From NCBI GenBank assembly GCA_965197585.1, contig OZ240215.1, positions 96,001-160,000 of the forward strand: 64,000 nucleotides of DNA, read 5' to 3'. Below are positions 47,764 through 57,453 of the stretch, in pieces. The stretch is from Dehalococcoidia bacterium. GTDB lineage: Bacteria > Chloroflexota > Dehalococcoidia > Plut-88900. The notes beneath the pieces are model-generated. The model was given only the letters and a program-made list of their open reading frames with translations, was not told the DNA's origin and made no database searches. The stretch's first letter is position 1. Each line of letters opens with the position of its first letter. The position numbers and the translations under genes were made by a program.

Positions 47764-50235
47764 GTGAAACAATTCGTGGCTAATCGGAAGGGACCTTGGC
47801 AAAAGCGGCTCCTGTACATCGGGATTCTAAGCATCACGTTGCTGGCCCTGCTGGTATTCGCAACATGCGGTGACGATGATCCAGAAGAAATTCCCGGTAC
47901 GGCTACTTCCGTCGCGGTAGCTCCCACGCCCGAAGCGCCTGGCACTACCCTGAGGCCGAGGAGTGAGTGGACCGAGGAGGCTCCTGCTACCAGGGCCGAG
48001 ATAGAAGCTGAACTGGGGAAGTACAGGGGTAAGAGCATCAGCGTCCTAGACGGCGGCGGCGCTTGGCAAGCCGCCCACCGCAAGGCTTATTACATTCCCT
48101 TCCAGGAGCAGTTCGGCATCGAGATCATCGAGGACACCGCCTCCTCCATCGTCGGCCAGATCCGCGGCATGTCGGAGACCGGCAACATCACCGTGGACAT
48201 CGGTGTCTGGGGCATTGACGTCGCCATCCAGCTTGGCCGCTCGGGCCACGCCGCAGAACTCGACTACTCCGTCATCGACCTGCGAGACCACTTCCCCGAT
48301 CTGGTGGAGGCCGGTAAACCCTACATCGCCGGCGGGGGAGACATTTTCTCCACAGTAGTTGCCTACAGCACCGAGTCCTTCCCCGATTCCGGCCCCCAGC
48401 CCTCCACTATGGCTGACTTCTTCGACTTGGAAGAATTCCCCGGCAAGCGGGGTATGTGGAGCTTCTGGCAGATCAACCCCCACCTCGCCTACATTGCCCA
48501 GCACCCCGAGGTCTTCGATAACCCTGGTGCCCTTGCTTCGCTCTCCAGCCTCACCGACGCCCAGATGGAGGAGGCCTGGACCTACCTCGACGATTTCGTC
48601 GCGAGAGCAGGCAGCGACTTCATCACCTGGGACAGCGGCTCCGACTGCCCAGCCCTCTTGATAGCTGGTGAACTGGATCTCTGCACCACCTGGAACGGTC
48701 GTATCTACGACGCCGTAGTCGCAGACGATGCGCCCATCAACATCTGCTGGGAATGCGGTCACGTCATGGACGCCGACTACTACTTCGTCCCCAACGGGCT
48801 GAAAGAACTTGACGCCGAGAGATGGGAGATGGCCCAACTCTTCCTGGCATGGATGTCCTTCCCGGACATCAACGCCCAGGAGTCCCTGTACATCCCCTAT
48901 GGACCCGTGAACCAGAAGGCCCTGCCACTCCTCGATGACCCGGCCTGGGATCACATCAGGGATGCCCTGCCCACTGCCCCCGACAACGCCCAGTACGGCC
49001 TCTTCCTCGACTCCTCCTGGGCCGGGGCCACCGCAGATGCTGCCCAGGAACGTTGGTCTTCTATCCTGCTGAGACAAGAACAACCTGAAGCACCTGGCAC
49101 GACGCTGAGGCCCAGGAACGAGTGGACCGAAGACGCCCCTGCTACCAGGGCCGAGATCGAGGCCGAGCTAGGCAAGTACAGGGGCAAAAGCATCAGCGTC
49201 CTGGACGGCGGCGGCGCTTGGCAAGCGGCCCACCGCAAGGCCTATTACATCCCCTTCCAGGAAGAATTTGGCATCGAGATCGTCGAGGACACTACATCAT
49301 CCATCGTCGGTCAGATTCGCGGCATGTCCGAGACAGGCAACATCACCGTAGACATAGGGGTATGGGGCATTGACGTTGCAATCCAGCTAGGCCGTTCGGG
49401 CCACGCTGCAGAGCTCGATTACTCCGTCATCGACCTACGAGACCACTTCCCCGATTTGGTAGAGGCTGGTAAACCCTACATCGCCGGTGGCGGAGACATC
49501 TTCTCCACCGTAGTCGCTTACAGCACCGAGTCCTTCCCCGATTCCGGCCCTCAACCCTCCACAATGGCCGACTTTTTCGACCTGGAAGAATTCCCTGGCA
49601 AGCGGGGTATGTGGAGCTTCTGGCAGATCAACCCGCACCTCGCCTACATAGCCCAGCACCCCGAGGTCTTCGAAAACCCTGGTGCCCTTGCTTCGCTCTC
49701 CAGCCTCACCGACGCCCAGATGGAGGAGGCTTGGACCTACCTCGACGACTTCGTATCGAGAGCCGGCAGCGACTTCATCACCTGGGACAGCGGATCCGAC
49801 TGCCCAGCCCTCTTGATAGCCGGTGAATTGGATCTCTGCACCACCTGGAACGGCCGCATCTACGACGCGGTAGTGGCCGACGATGCGCCCATCAACATCT
49901 GCTGGGAGTGCGGCCACGTCATGGACGCCGACTACTACTTCGTCCCCAATGGGCTGAAAGAACTCGATGCAGAGAGATGGGAGATGGCCCAACTCTTCCT
50001 AGCTTGGATGTCCTTCCCGGACGTCAATGCCAGGGAGTCCCTGTACATTCCCTATGGGCCCGTGAACCAGAAGGCCCTGCCACTCCTCGATGACCCGGCC
50101 TGGGATCACATCAGGGATGCCCTGCCCACTGCCCCCGACAACGCCCAGTACGGCCTCTTCCTCGACTCCTCCTGGGCCGGGGCCACCGCAGATGCCGCCC
50201 AGGAACGCTGGTCTACAATCCTACAAACCAGATAA
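47764..50235 (+). CDS. Lipoprotein with two tandem PotD/PotF-like solute-binding domains
   Basis: Lipobox-like LVFATC; 385-aa period (47929/49084); motifs DFFDLEEFPGKRG, WNGRIY, YGPVN. Confidence 0.88.
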   Translation: MKQFVANRKGPWQKRLLYIGILSITLLALLVFATCGDDDPEEIPGTATSVAVAPTPEAPGTTLRPRSEWTEEAPATRAEIEAELGKYRGKSISVLDGGGAWQAAHRKAYYIPFQEQFGIEIIEDTASSIVGQIRGMSETGNITVDIGVWGIDVAIQLGRSGHAAELDYSVIDLRDHFPDLVEAGKPYIAGGGDIFSTVVAYSTESFPDSGPQPSTMADFFDLEEFPGKRGMWSFWQINPHLAYIAQHPEVFDNPGALASLSSLTDAQMEEAWTYLDDFVARAGSDFITWDSGSDCPALLIAGELDLCTTWNGRIYDAVVADDAPINICWECGHVMDADYYFVPNGLKELDAERWEMAQLFLAWMSFPDINAQESLYIPYGPVNQKALPLLDDPAWDHIRDALPTAPDNAQYGLFLDSSWAGATADAAQERWSSILLRQEQPEAPGTTLRPRNEWTEDAPATRAEIEAELGKYRGKSISVLDGGGAWQAAHRKAYYIPFQEEFGIEIVEDTTSSIVGQIRGMSETGNITVDIGVWGIDVAIQLGRSGHAAELDYSVIDLRDHFPDLVEAGKPYIAGGGDIFSTVVAYSTESFPDSGPQPSTMADFFDLEEFPGKRGMWSFWQINPHLAYIAQHPEVFENPGALASLSSLTDAQMEEAWTYLDDFVSRAGSDFITWDSGSDCPALLIAGELDLCTTWNGRIYDAVVADDAPINICWECGHVMDADYYFVPNGLKELDAERWEMAQLFLAWMSFPDVNARESLYIPYGPVNQKALPLLDDPAWDHIRDALPTAPDNAQYGLFLDSSWAGATADAAQERWSTILQTR

Positions 50236-50284
50236 GCTTGAAATACAAATAGGCGTGCCAAAGCAGAAGTGATAAAACGTTGTA

Positions 50285-50321
50285 GCACGGGTCCCGGTAT
50301 CAGCTAGACCGGGACCCGTGC
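50285..50321. terminator. Strong hairpin downstream of the solute-binding gene
   Basis: GCACGGGTCCCGGT-n9-ACCGGGACCCGTGC (14-bp stem); no U tract. Confidence 0.5.
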
Positions 50322-50425
50322 CCAACGTGCCTTTGGCATTCAATTCCTGGACAAACCACCACTGAACGGGGCTGCAAGTCTCTGGGAACGCGTAGCCCTA
50401 TGAACGACCCATCCGGAGTAGAACG

Positions 50426-50962
50426 TTGGCAAAGAGGCTAAAGTCGGTCAGAGAATTGAGTGAACCTCTTAAGGAATTCATCAAGCGACCCAACCCTGCC
50501 GTTCTGGGCACGCTACGAAAAGACGGCACTTCTCATCTGACCGTCGTTTGGTACGAATATGACGAAGGCGATGACTTGGTCCGCATAAGCCTCACCGATA
50601 CCCGGGTCAAGTATAAAAACGCCCGTCGAGACCCGCGCGTCTCATTGGCCATCGTCGCCACCGAAGACGCCCGCTGGTTGACGAAAGACGACGCCTCTAA
50701 AGTAGCTTACAAGGAGGTTGTTCTGGAAGGTTCGGCCCAGTTCACCGATGAGGGAGCCGATGAAGTAGACCGTCGAATAGCCGTCAATTACTACGGGTAC
50801 GAGGAAGGAACCAAGTACGCCGAATATACTCTGGCGGCAACTTCCGAGAATCGCATAGTGATGTACTTCAGGCCCGACAGGATAATGGCCTGGGACTTTG
50901 AAGTGGAGGATGACGACCACCGGCCATGGAAGGTCGAAGCCGATATCCCATCGGAAAAATAA
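50426..50962 (+). CDS. PPOX-class (probably F420-dependent) oxidoreductase
   Basis: LGTLRKDGTSHLTVVWY, RVKYKNARRDPRVSL. Confidence 0.85.
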   Translation: MAKRLKSVRELSEPLKEFIKRPNPAVLGTLRKDGTSHLTVVWYEYDEGDDLVRISLTDTRVKYKNARRDPRVSLAIVATEDARWLTKDDASKVAYKEVVLEGSAQFTDEGADEVDRRIAVNYYGYEEGTKYAEYTLAATSENRIVMYFRPDRIMAWDFEVEDDDHRPWKVEADIPSEK

Positions 50963-52470
50963 TGGACATATCGCCACCAGAAAAGCAAGATTTGCTCGAT
51001 GCCGCGTCCAAGAACTACCTTGACCTGACAGAAGAGGAGTTGGACGGGTTTAACCTCCTGCTCCAAGGGATATTCAGTGAGTTGGAGGCCCTTGACAGGC
51101 TGTCTTCAGCCGTCCCAGCACCAGTTACGGGACCCCGGGACTTCGGGCAAAGGCCCGGCCCTGGCAAAGATCCCTACAATGCTATCCTACGCCGATGTAT
51201 GGTCAAAGGCTCCGGGTCAGGCAAGCTGTCCGGAGTCAGGGTTGGCGTGAAGGACAACATTTCGGTATCCCGTATGCCTATGACCTGCGGGTCCCATTTT
51301 CTTTCGGACTATATTCCCGACACCGATGCGACGGTAGTACAGCGAATTCTAGACGAGGGCGGAAACATCGTCGCCATGCTGAACATGGACGACTTTGCCT
51401 GGTCGGGCAGCGGTGAGACAAGCGTGTTCGGCCCGGTACGGAACCCGCACAGCACTGAGTATTTGGCAGGCGGCTCCTCTGCTGGTTCAGGCGCCGCCCT
51501 TTTCTACAACGACATCGACGTCACCTTGGGCTGCGATCAGGGTGGTTCGATCAGGATACCGGCGGCTTGGTGTGGGGTAGTGGGACTCAAACCCACCTTT
51601 GGTCTCGTCCCCTACACGGGAATAGTATCCGGAGAGACCACCTTCGACCACGTAGGGCCCATGGCCCGTTCCGTCGATAAAGTTGCCCTGATGTTGGACG
51701 TTATCGCTGGTAAAGATCCCTTGGACCAGAGGCAAGGTCACGTTCCCCGGCAAAACTATACCGATTTTCTAGGCCAGGATGTAGCCGGGATGCGGATAGG
51801 CATTGTAAAGGAGGGTTTCGGCGCGGAAGACTCGGAAGAGGAGGTTGACGAAGCCGTTCGCAGCGCATTGGCGGATGTAGCCAGCTTGGGAATCGAGACC
51901 ACGGATGTCTCCATACCGTATCACTTGAGCTCACTGGCTATTTACCGAGGGGTGATCCCTGAAGGTGCGACCGCTCTGCTTCAGACGTGGGGGCTCGGAT
52001 ACAACCACCTGGGCTACTATGACTCTGGGCTGGGCACTGCGATAAGGGATGGACTAGAGTCCAGGGCGAACAGTCTTCCGCCTGATGTAAAGTTGACCCT
52101 GCTATTGGGCAGCTACCTCCGTGAGCGTTACGGAGGCTGGGCCTACGCCAAATCTCAGAACCTCAGACCCGCTTTGAGGAAGGCATATGACGACATGCTT
52201 TCGGAGGTGGACATTCTTGCAATGCCTACGGTGCCAACCCTGCCCTTCAAGTACGACCCCGACCAGGATTGGATAACCAGGATTGACCGTGGTGCGGTCG
52301 TGTCCAAGAACTGCGCCCCGTTTAATGCCTCGGGGCATCCTGCCATCTCGCTTCCATGTGCAAAGGTCAACGGACTGCCCGTGGGGTTGATGCTCGTGGC
52401 CAAACATTTTGACGACGGGTTGTTAATCAAGGTTGCTGATGCACTACAGAGGGAGATGGGGTGGGATTAG
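50962..52470 (+). CDS. Amidase-signature family amidase
   Basis: GVKDN (Lys), GGSSAGS, DQGGSIRIPAAWCGVVGLKPTFG. Start at ATG 50962 (TAATG overlap). Confidence 0.93.
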   Translation: MDISPPEKQDLLDAASKNYLDLTEEELDGFNLLLQGIFSELEALDRLSSAVPAPVTGPRDFGQRPGPGKDPYNAILRRCMVKGSGSGKLSGVRVGVKDNISVSRMPMTCGSHFLSDYIPDTDATVVQRILDEGGNIVAMLNMDDFAWSGSGETSVFGPVRNPHSTEYLAGGSSAGSGAALFYNDIDVTLGCDQGGSIRIPAAWCGVVGLKPTFGLVPYTGIVSGETTFDHVGPMARSVDKVALMLDVIAGKDPLDQRQGHVPRQNYTDFLGQDVAGMRIGIVKEGFGAEDSEEEVDEAVRSALADVASLGIETTDVSIPYHLSSLAIYRGVIPEGATALLQTWGLGYNHLGYYDSGLGTAIRDGLESRANSLPPDVKLTLLLGSYLRERYGGWAYAKSQNLRPALRKAYDDMLSEVDILAMPTVPTLPFKYDPDQDWITRIDRGAVVSKNCAPFNASGHPAISLPCAKVNGLPVGLMLVAKHFDDGLLIKVADALQREMGWD

Positions 52471-52540
52471 GGATTGAGACTTCTAGACATCTGGCGGAAA
52501 ACTTCATTCTAAATTGACTACTTGACCAGAGAGGAGAGCC

Positions 52541-52957
52541 GTGGCCAAGAAAGAAGCCGTACATTCGAAAGTCGCACCGAACAGCAGCCATCATTTCAAC
52601 TGGGGGCTCATAGTTTCTGATTTTTCCGAGATGTTCGTGCTCACGGGAAGGGTGGACGGCGATGCCGAAGACAACTGTCTACATCCCGGAGACCCGGTAG
52701 GACAGACCAGGGGCATATTCGAACAAGCCAAGGCCCTACTGGAGCAAAAAGGATGGAGCCTATCGGATGTCATTAGGATCGACATCTGCGTTACCAAAGA
52801 CGCCGACTATGCAAAGAATGAAGCGGGCATCATGCAGGTCTGGGAAGAATTCTTCAAGGATGTAGACCCTCGGCCCGCGGCGGGCACCCTGAAAATTGTA
52901 GATGGGCTCTTCAGGCCCGAATTTCTCGTGGAGTTGGAGTTCCTGGCAGCCCGTTGA
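52541..52957 (+). CDS. Rid family protein (divergent)
   Basis: PGDPVGQTR.IFE, GWSLSDVIRI, VDGLFRPEFLVELEFLAA. Confidence 0.8.
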   Translation: MAKKEAVHSKVAPNSSHHFNWGLIVSDFSEMFVLTGRVDGDAEDNCLHPGDPVGQTRGIFEQAKALLEQKGWSLSDVIRIDICVTKDADYAKNEAGIMQVWEEFFKDVDPRPAAGTLKIVDGLFRPEFLVELEFLAAR

Positions 52958-52984
52958 GGATGGTTCCGTAGTTGGAAAGAAGCT

Positions 52985-53770
52985 ATGAGACTGGAAGGCA
53001 AAGTTGCGATCATTACCGGCGCCACCTTTGGCATCGGACGGGCTACTGCCCAGTTATTCGCTCGCGAGGGTGCAAAGGTTGTGGCTGCCGGCCGCACCGC
53101 CGAAGCTGGAGAGTCTCTGATTGAAGAGATTCGATCAGAGGGAGGACAGGCCACCTTTGTCCGGACTGATGTCTCCGATTCTGGAGACGTCCAACGAATG
53201 ATCGGCACGGCTGTCGATTCCTACGGCAAGCTGGACGTGCTTTTCAACAATGCCGGTATCGTTACTTGGGGCAAATTGGTCGACGAACCGGAAGAGGAGT
53301 GGGACCGCTGCATAGACATCAACCTCAAGGGAGTTTTTCTGGGCATTAAATATGCGGTTCCCGTCATGATCAAGAACGGTGGCGGCTCCATCATCAACAA
53401 CTCGTCGATCTGGGGTGTGGCTGCCAGCCACCGGGGAGGGGTGGCGTACCACGCCTCCAAGGGTGGCGTGATAATGCTTACCAAAAAAGCCGCGTTGGAC
53501 TACGGTAGTGAGAGCATTCGGGTCAATAGCATAGTCCCCGGAGACATAGCCATGATTGGCGACGCCCCGGACGAATACTGGCGGCAGCCTGACGTCATCA
53601 GTGACCGGCTGCGCCGCCAACCTCTTCCCAGAATTGGCATGCCTATGGATGTCGCCCCGATGGTGGTTTTCCTAGCTTCGGACGAGGCAAGCTTCGTCAC
53701 GGGAGCTACATTCATGGTTGATGGCGGCAACACCATGACCGAGTACGGAGCGTTGAATGGTCCCGGATAG
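52985..53770 (+). CDS. Short-chain dehydrogenase/reductase
   Basis: TGATFGIG, FNNAG, YHASK, RVNSIVPG. Confidence 0.93.
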   Translation: MRLEGKVAIITGATFGIGRATAQLFAREGAKVVAAGRTAEAGESLIEEIRSEGGQATFVRTDVSDSGDVQRMIGTAVDSYGKLDVLFNNAGIVTWGKLVDEPEEEWDRCIDINLKGVFLGIKYAVPVMIKNGGGSIINNSSIWGVAASHRGGVAYHASKGGVIMLTKKAALDYGSESIRVNSIVPGDIAMIGDAPDEYWRQPDVISDRLRRQPLPRIGMPMDVAPMVVFLASDEASFVTGATFMVDGGNTMTEYGALNGPG

Positions 53771-53795
53771 CCTATGCTCCCGAATCACTGGTTGA

Positions 53796-55199
53796 TCACC
53801 TGTTGTTCAGGTCTACCGGAACTCTTTTGATGAACCTTCCATTGCCAGGCCTCCCCAGAAACTTGTCATCCGCGACTATTGTCTCTCCCCGAAGAAAAAC
53901 CGTTTTCACCGCGCCGGTAATTTCGAAGCCTTCATATGGGTTGTAGTCAACTTGCATGTGATGGGTATCACTGCTTATCAGTTTTTGCTTGGTTGGGTCG
54001 AAGATAACCAGGTCGGCGTCACTGCCGGCCTGTATGGTTCCCTTCCGCGGATAAAGACCAAACATCTTGGCGGGCGTCGTGGCCAGTACGTCGACCAGAC
54101 GGGTCAAGCTCATCCTGCCCTCGTTGAGCGCTCCGTGGTGCATCAACTCAAGTCTGTTTTCGATGCCTGGCGCCCCGAAAGGTATGCTGGAAAAGTTGTC
54201 TAGGCCCAGCCTCTTGCCCCGAGGATCATGGAAACAGAATGAAGAATGGTCTGTTGAAACAATTTGCAGGTCATCACTGGCAAGACCTTTCCAAAGCTCC
54301 CCTTCGTTCCCTGGGGGGCGAAGCGGTGGGGCCATAACGTATTTTGCGCCATCAAAGCCGGGCCGCTCGTACTCTCTCTCAGAGAGAAATAGGTACTGGG
54401 GGCAGGTCTCGGCATATACGGGCAGGCCGCGTGCTCGGGCCTCCCTGACCTCCTTTAGAGCGCCCGCCGCCGAGAGGTGGACGATGTAGATGGGCACTGC
54501 AGCTATCTCCGCAAGCAGAATTGCCCTGCGCGTAGCTTCTACTTCGGTGCTCATCGGTCTGGTAACGGCGTGATATTTCGGTTCGAAGTGACCGTCGGCC
54601 AGGGCCTGATTTACAAGGACATCAATTATGCCGCCGTTTTCCGCATGTATACAGACCAGTGCCCCGGTTTCCTTGGTCTGGAGCAGCATCTTGAGGATAG
54701 CCGCATCGTCCAGCATGAAGGTCCCGGGATATGCCATAAACAGCTTGAAGCTCGTCACGCCTTCGTTTGATACCAACCCGTTCACATCGCCGAGCTGGTT
54801 CTGTGAAAGCTCACTAACAATAAGATGGAATGCATAGTCTATGGCCGCTCGGGATTCCGCCTTCTCGTGCCATGCATCCAGTCCCTCTTGAAGTCTCTGT
54901 CCCCTTAGTTGTGTCGCAAAGTCAATAATGGTCGTAGTTCCGCCCCAGGCCGCAGCGATAGTCCCACTTTCGAAGTCGTCCGAGGTTCGAAGGCCATCGT
55001 AAGCATCGTCGAGGTGGGTGTGGACGTCGATACAGCCCGGAAGCACGAGACAGCTTTCGGCAGATACCACTTCCGCACCTTCAACGGACAGGCCGGGGCC
55101 GACGGCTGTGATTTTTTCGCCCGTGATCCCGACATCAGCCTTGAAGGTGTCGCTGGCAGACACTACAACTCCGTCCTTGACTATTCGTTCAAATTCCAA
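53796..55199 (-). CDS. hydA: Dihydropyrimidinase / D-hydantoinase
   Basis: PGCIDVHTH, GGTTTIIDF, SFKLFMAY, IHAENG, VHLS, ETCPQYL, STDH. Confidence 0.9.
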   Translation of the reverse strand: MEFERIVKDGVVVSASDTFKADVGITGEKITAVGPGLSVEGAEVVSAESCLVLPGCIDVHTHLDDAYDGLRTSDDFESGTIAAAWGGTTTIIDFATQLRGQRLQEGLDAWHEKAESRAAIDYAFHLIVSELSQNQLGDVNGLVSNEGVTSFKLFMAYPGTFMLDDAAILKMLLQTKETGALVCIHAENGGIIDVLVNQALADGHFEPKYHAVTRPMSTEVEATRRAILLAEIAAVPIYIVHLSAAGALKEVREARARGLPVYAETCPQYLFLSEREYERPGFDGAKYVMAPPLRPPGNEGELWKGLASDDLQIVSTDHSSFCFHDPRGKRLGLDNFSSIPFGAPGIENRLELMHHGALNEGRMSLTRLVDVLATTPAKMFGLYPRKGTIQAGSDADLVIFDPTKQKLISSDTHHMQVDYNPYEGFEITGAVKTVFLRGETIVADDKFLGRPGNGRFIKRVPVDLNNR

Positions 55200-55224
55200 T
55201 GCCCACTCCTCTTTGTTTCCGCGG

Positions 55225-55300
55225 GTAAGAGCCTGGCTATCGCCTCGCCTATCCCCCCGGCTCCTCGGGTGACTATTGCCACCTTACCCTCCATTCTCAC
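55225..55300 (-). pseudogene. N-terminal remnant of an SDR gene
   Basis: VRMEGKVAIVTRGAGGIGEAIARLL (degenerate TGxxxGIG), then runs into the hydA start region. Confidence 0.65.
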
Positions 55301-55480
55301 GGTTCATAACCCCCTTTTCCATCGTCTGTCAGGCGAAATCCGAGCCCGTGCCGCCACTGTGACTCCGCCATATTTGACTCGTCCACTGCCCCGTCTGGTC
55401 TATCAGATTTCCTCAACCCCCTGTACGCCAGTCCTAAGAGAGGATCGGTAATGTCATATGGCACAGCGGCAGACGGTAAA

Positions 55481-55694
55481 CTAATTTCCGAAGCGGAAGA
55501 GTTTTGCGGCGGTTGAGTATACGAACTTAGTCTGCTCGTCTGCCGGAATATCTTTCAGGATCTCGCCCAGGACCTGCTGGGAACGGGGCCAGGTCGACTC
55601 TCTGTGGGGATAGTCGGAGCCCCACATGATGTTGTCGACGCCAATCAAGTCTCGGTGGGTCATTCCGATGAGGTCCTCGGTGAAGTTTACAAAC
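55481..55694 (-). pseudogene. C-terminal remnant of an amidohydrolase-family gene, cut by IS30
   Basis: FVNFTED..G...RDLIGVDNIMWGSDYPHRESTWPRS...TAAKLF. Confidence 0.85.
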
Positions 55695-56684
55695 TGTGGA
55701 TTCACATTTGAAGTGCAACACGCTTTCCAAAAAGATCTCTGGCGGAGTCCTGTAGCCCAGGCACTTGCGCGGGGTATTGTTGTAGGCCTGAATCATCTGC
55801 GTAAACCGCTCCTGGGGCAACGTCGCCAAGTCCGTCTTGCGGGGCAGAGTTCGCCGCAACCGGCCTATAGCGTTCTCCACCCCGCCCTTCTGCCAGGGGG
55901 AGTGGGTATCGCAGAAGAAGGTCTCGATGCCCAGTTCGTGGAGCCGGTAATGGAGTGCAAACTCGGTCCCGTTATCGAAGGTCACCGTCCGGTGCCATTC
56001 AGGCGGCATCTGACCGAGCACCTGCGACATGGCCCCTGCGATGGGCCTGGATGCCTTGCCAGGGGGCCTGAGCGCTATGAGGATGCGGGAATAGCGTTCG
56101 TGCATGGTCAGCACCGCATGTCCATAGGTACTGAACAGCATCAGATCCGCCTCCCAATGCCCGGGAGTGCGGCGGTCAGCAGCACTCTGCGGACGCTCGG
56201 CAATCGGGCGCCGCATAGCCATGAAGGAGGCAGGACTGACCCCTTTGCGCCCTCGCCAGCCCCGCTTCGACTTGGCTCGAGGAAGGTAGTGTCTCCACCC
56301 ATAGTTCTTCTTCCGAGCCATCTGGCCATATATGAATCGGTAGATGCTCTCATGGGAGATGACCCTCTTGCCTGACTCCATCGCCAGCCGACCCGCCACC
56401 TGCTCCGGAGACCAACCCTGCTTGAGCCGACAGAGCACCTGCTCCCGCAGACCCCTGTCCCGCTCCAACCGGGACCCGCTCCATCGCCGGGCATGCGCCT
56501 GTTGGTACGCATACCTGGGCTCGTATCCCTGGGTTCTTGAACCATTGCGCTTCAGATCCCGAGCAACTGTCGATGGCGAGCGATCCAGACTTGCCGCGAT
56601 TTGGCGGACTGAGTATCCCGCGGCTTGTAGTCGGGCCACTTCACATCGCTCTTCAATGGTGACATGTCCATAACTCTTTCCCAT
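55527..56684 (-). CDS. IS30-family transposase (reads through the IR into flanking DNA)
   Basis: SVRQIAASLDRSPSTVARDLKRN, WSPEQVAGRL, GHWEAD, TFDNGTEF, SPWQKGGVEN, NNTPRKCLGYRTP. Confidence 0.93.
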   Translation of the reverse strand: MGKSYGHVTIEERCEVARLQAAGYSVRQIAASLDRSPSTVARDLKRNGSRTQGYEPRYAYQQAHARRWSGSRLERDRGLREQVLCRLKQGWSPEQVAGRLAMESGKRVISHESIYRFIYGQMARKKNYGWRHYLPRAKSKRGWRGRKGVSPASFMAMRRPIAERPQSAADRRTPGHWEADLMLFSTYGHAVLTMHERYSRILIALRPPGKASRPIAGAMSQVLGQMPPEWHRTVTFDNGTEFALHYRLHELGIETFFCDTHSPWQKGGVENAIGRLRRTLPRKTDLATLPQERFTQMIQAYNNTPRKCLGYRTPPEIFLESVLHFKCESTVCKLHRGPHRNDPPRLDWRRQHHVGLRLSPQRVDLAPFPAGPGRDPERYSGRRAD

Positions 56685-56728
56685 GACAACACCTTAACCA
56701 AGTGTTGCACTTCGTTTGTGAGTTTAGA
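55695..56728 (-). mobile_element. IS30-family insertion sequence
   Basis: Inverted repeats TGTGGATTCACATTTGAAGTGCAACAC / TCTAAACTCACAAACGAAGTGCAACAC; no clear target duplication. Confidence 0.85.
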
Positions 56729-57180
56729 CCATGGTCGACGGGTCCAGGTAGAGAGTCTTGACGCCAGATGTCGGATGGGTTTGCACCAGCGTGTGGGTTA
56801 GGTAGGCGTCTGTGCCAGAATTTCTTCGCAGGGTACGCACTCGTCTTCTCGAACAAACAAACGTGATCTCGTATACGCCCCCTATCCTCATGGTGTTGCC
56901 CGACCTGGCGAACGTGACTAGGCGCGTTCAAGCGGAGTTGCGGGAACACAAAACGAGGCTGGGTGTCCCAGAGGGAATGCTTGCGGCCTTATGCGTGAAC
57001 CCGGAGACTGAGGTCTATAAGTATCTGGCCGATCTCATCAATGATAGCGACGGACTGAAGCATACCTGCCTCACATGCCTGACATGCAGATTCAAGGGCC
57101 CATAAAGAGAGGCCAGAGGCCCGGCGACTAATTGGAAGACTAGTACTTTGGCGCTACAAATCAGAGTATATGAAGAGGTG

Positions 57181-57411
57181 ATGACAATGCATGACAGACT
57201 GCTGAGGCGTCGACAGGTTGAGGAAATCACGGGCATGGGCCGCTCGTCGATCTATCGGCTGATGAAGGACGGTGAATTTCCCCGGGCCGTAAGGATCGGC
57301 CCTTCCGCCGTCAGATGGAAGGCAAGCGATATCACGGCCTGGATGGAGTCCCGGCCGGTGGCCAGGAATGAATTTGACCCGCCGGGTGCGGGCTGGATAC
57401 GGCCTTCATAA
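57181..57411 (+). CDS. AlpA-family regulator / excisionase
   Basis: RLLRRRQVEEITGMGRSSIYRLMKDGEFPRAVRIGPSAVRW. Confidence 0.92.
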   Translation: MTMHDRLLRRRQVEEITGMGRSSIYRLMKDGEFPRAVRIGPSAVRWKASDITAWMESRPVARNEFDPPGAGWIRPS

Positions 57412-57453
57412 GCGGAGCCGGTGCTCGGAATGGCTGTTCCGACTTCCTTGAGA

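Noticed and set aside
48046-49992. Long minus-strand ORFs (345 aa and 185 aa)
   Set aside because: Antisense shadows of the GC3-rich solute-binding gene.
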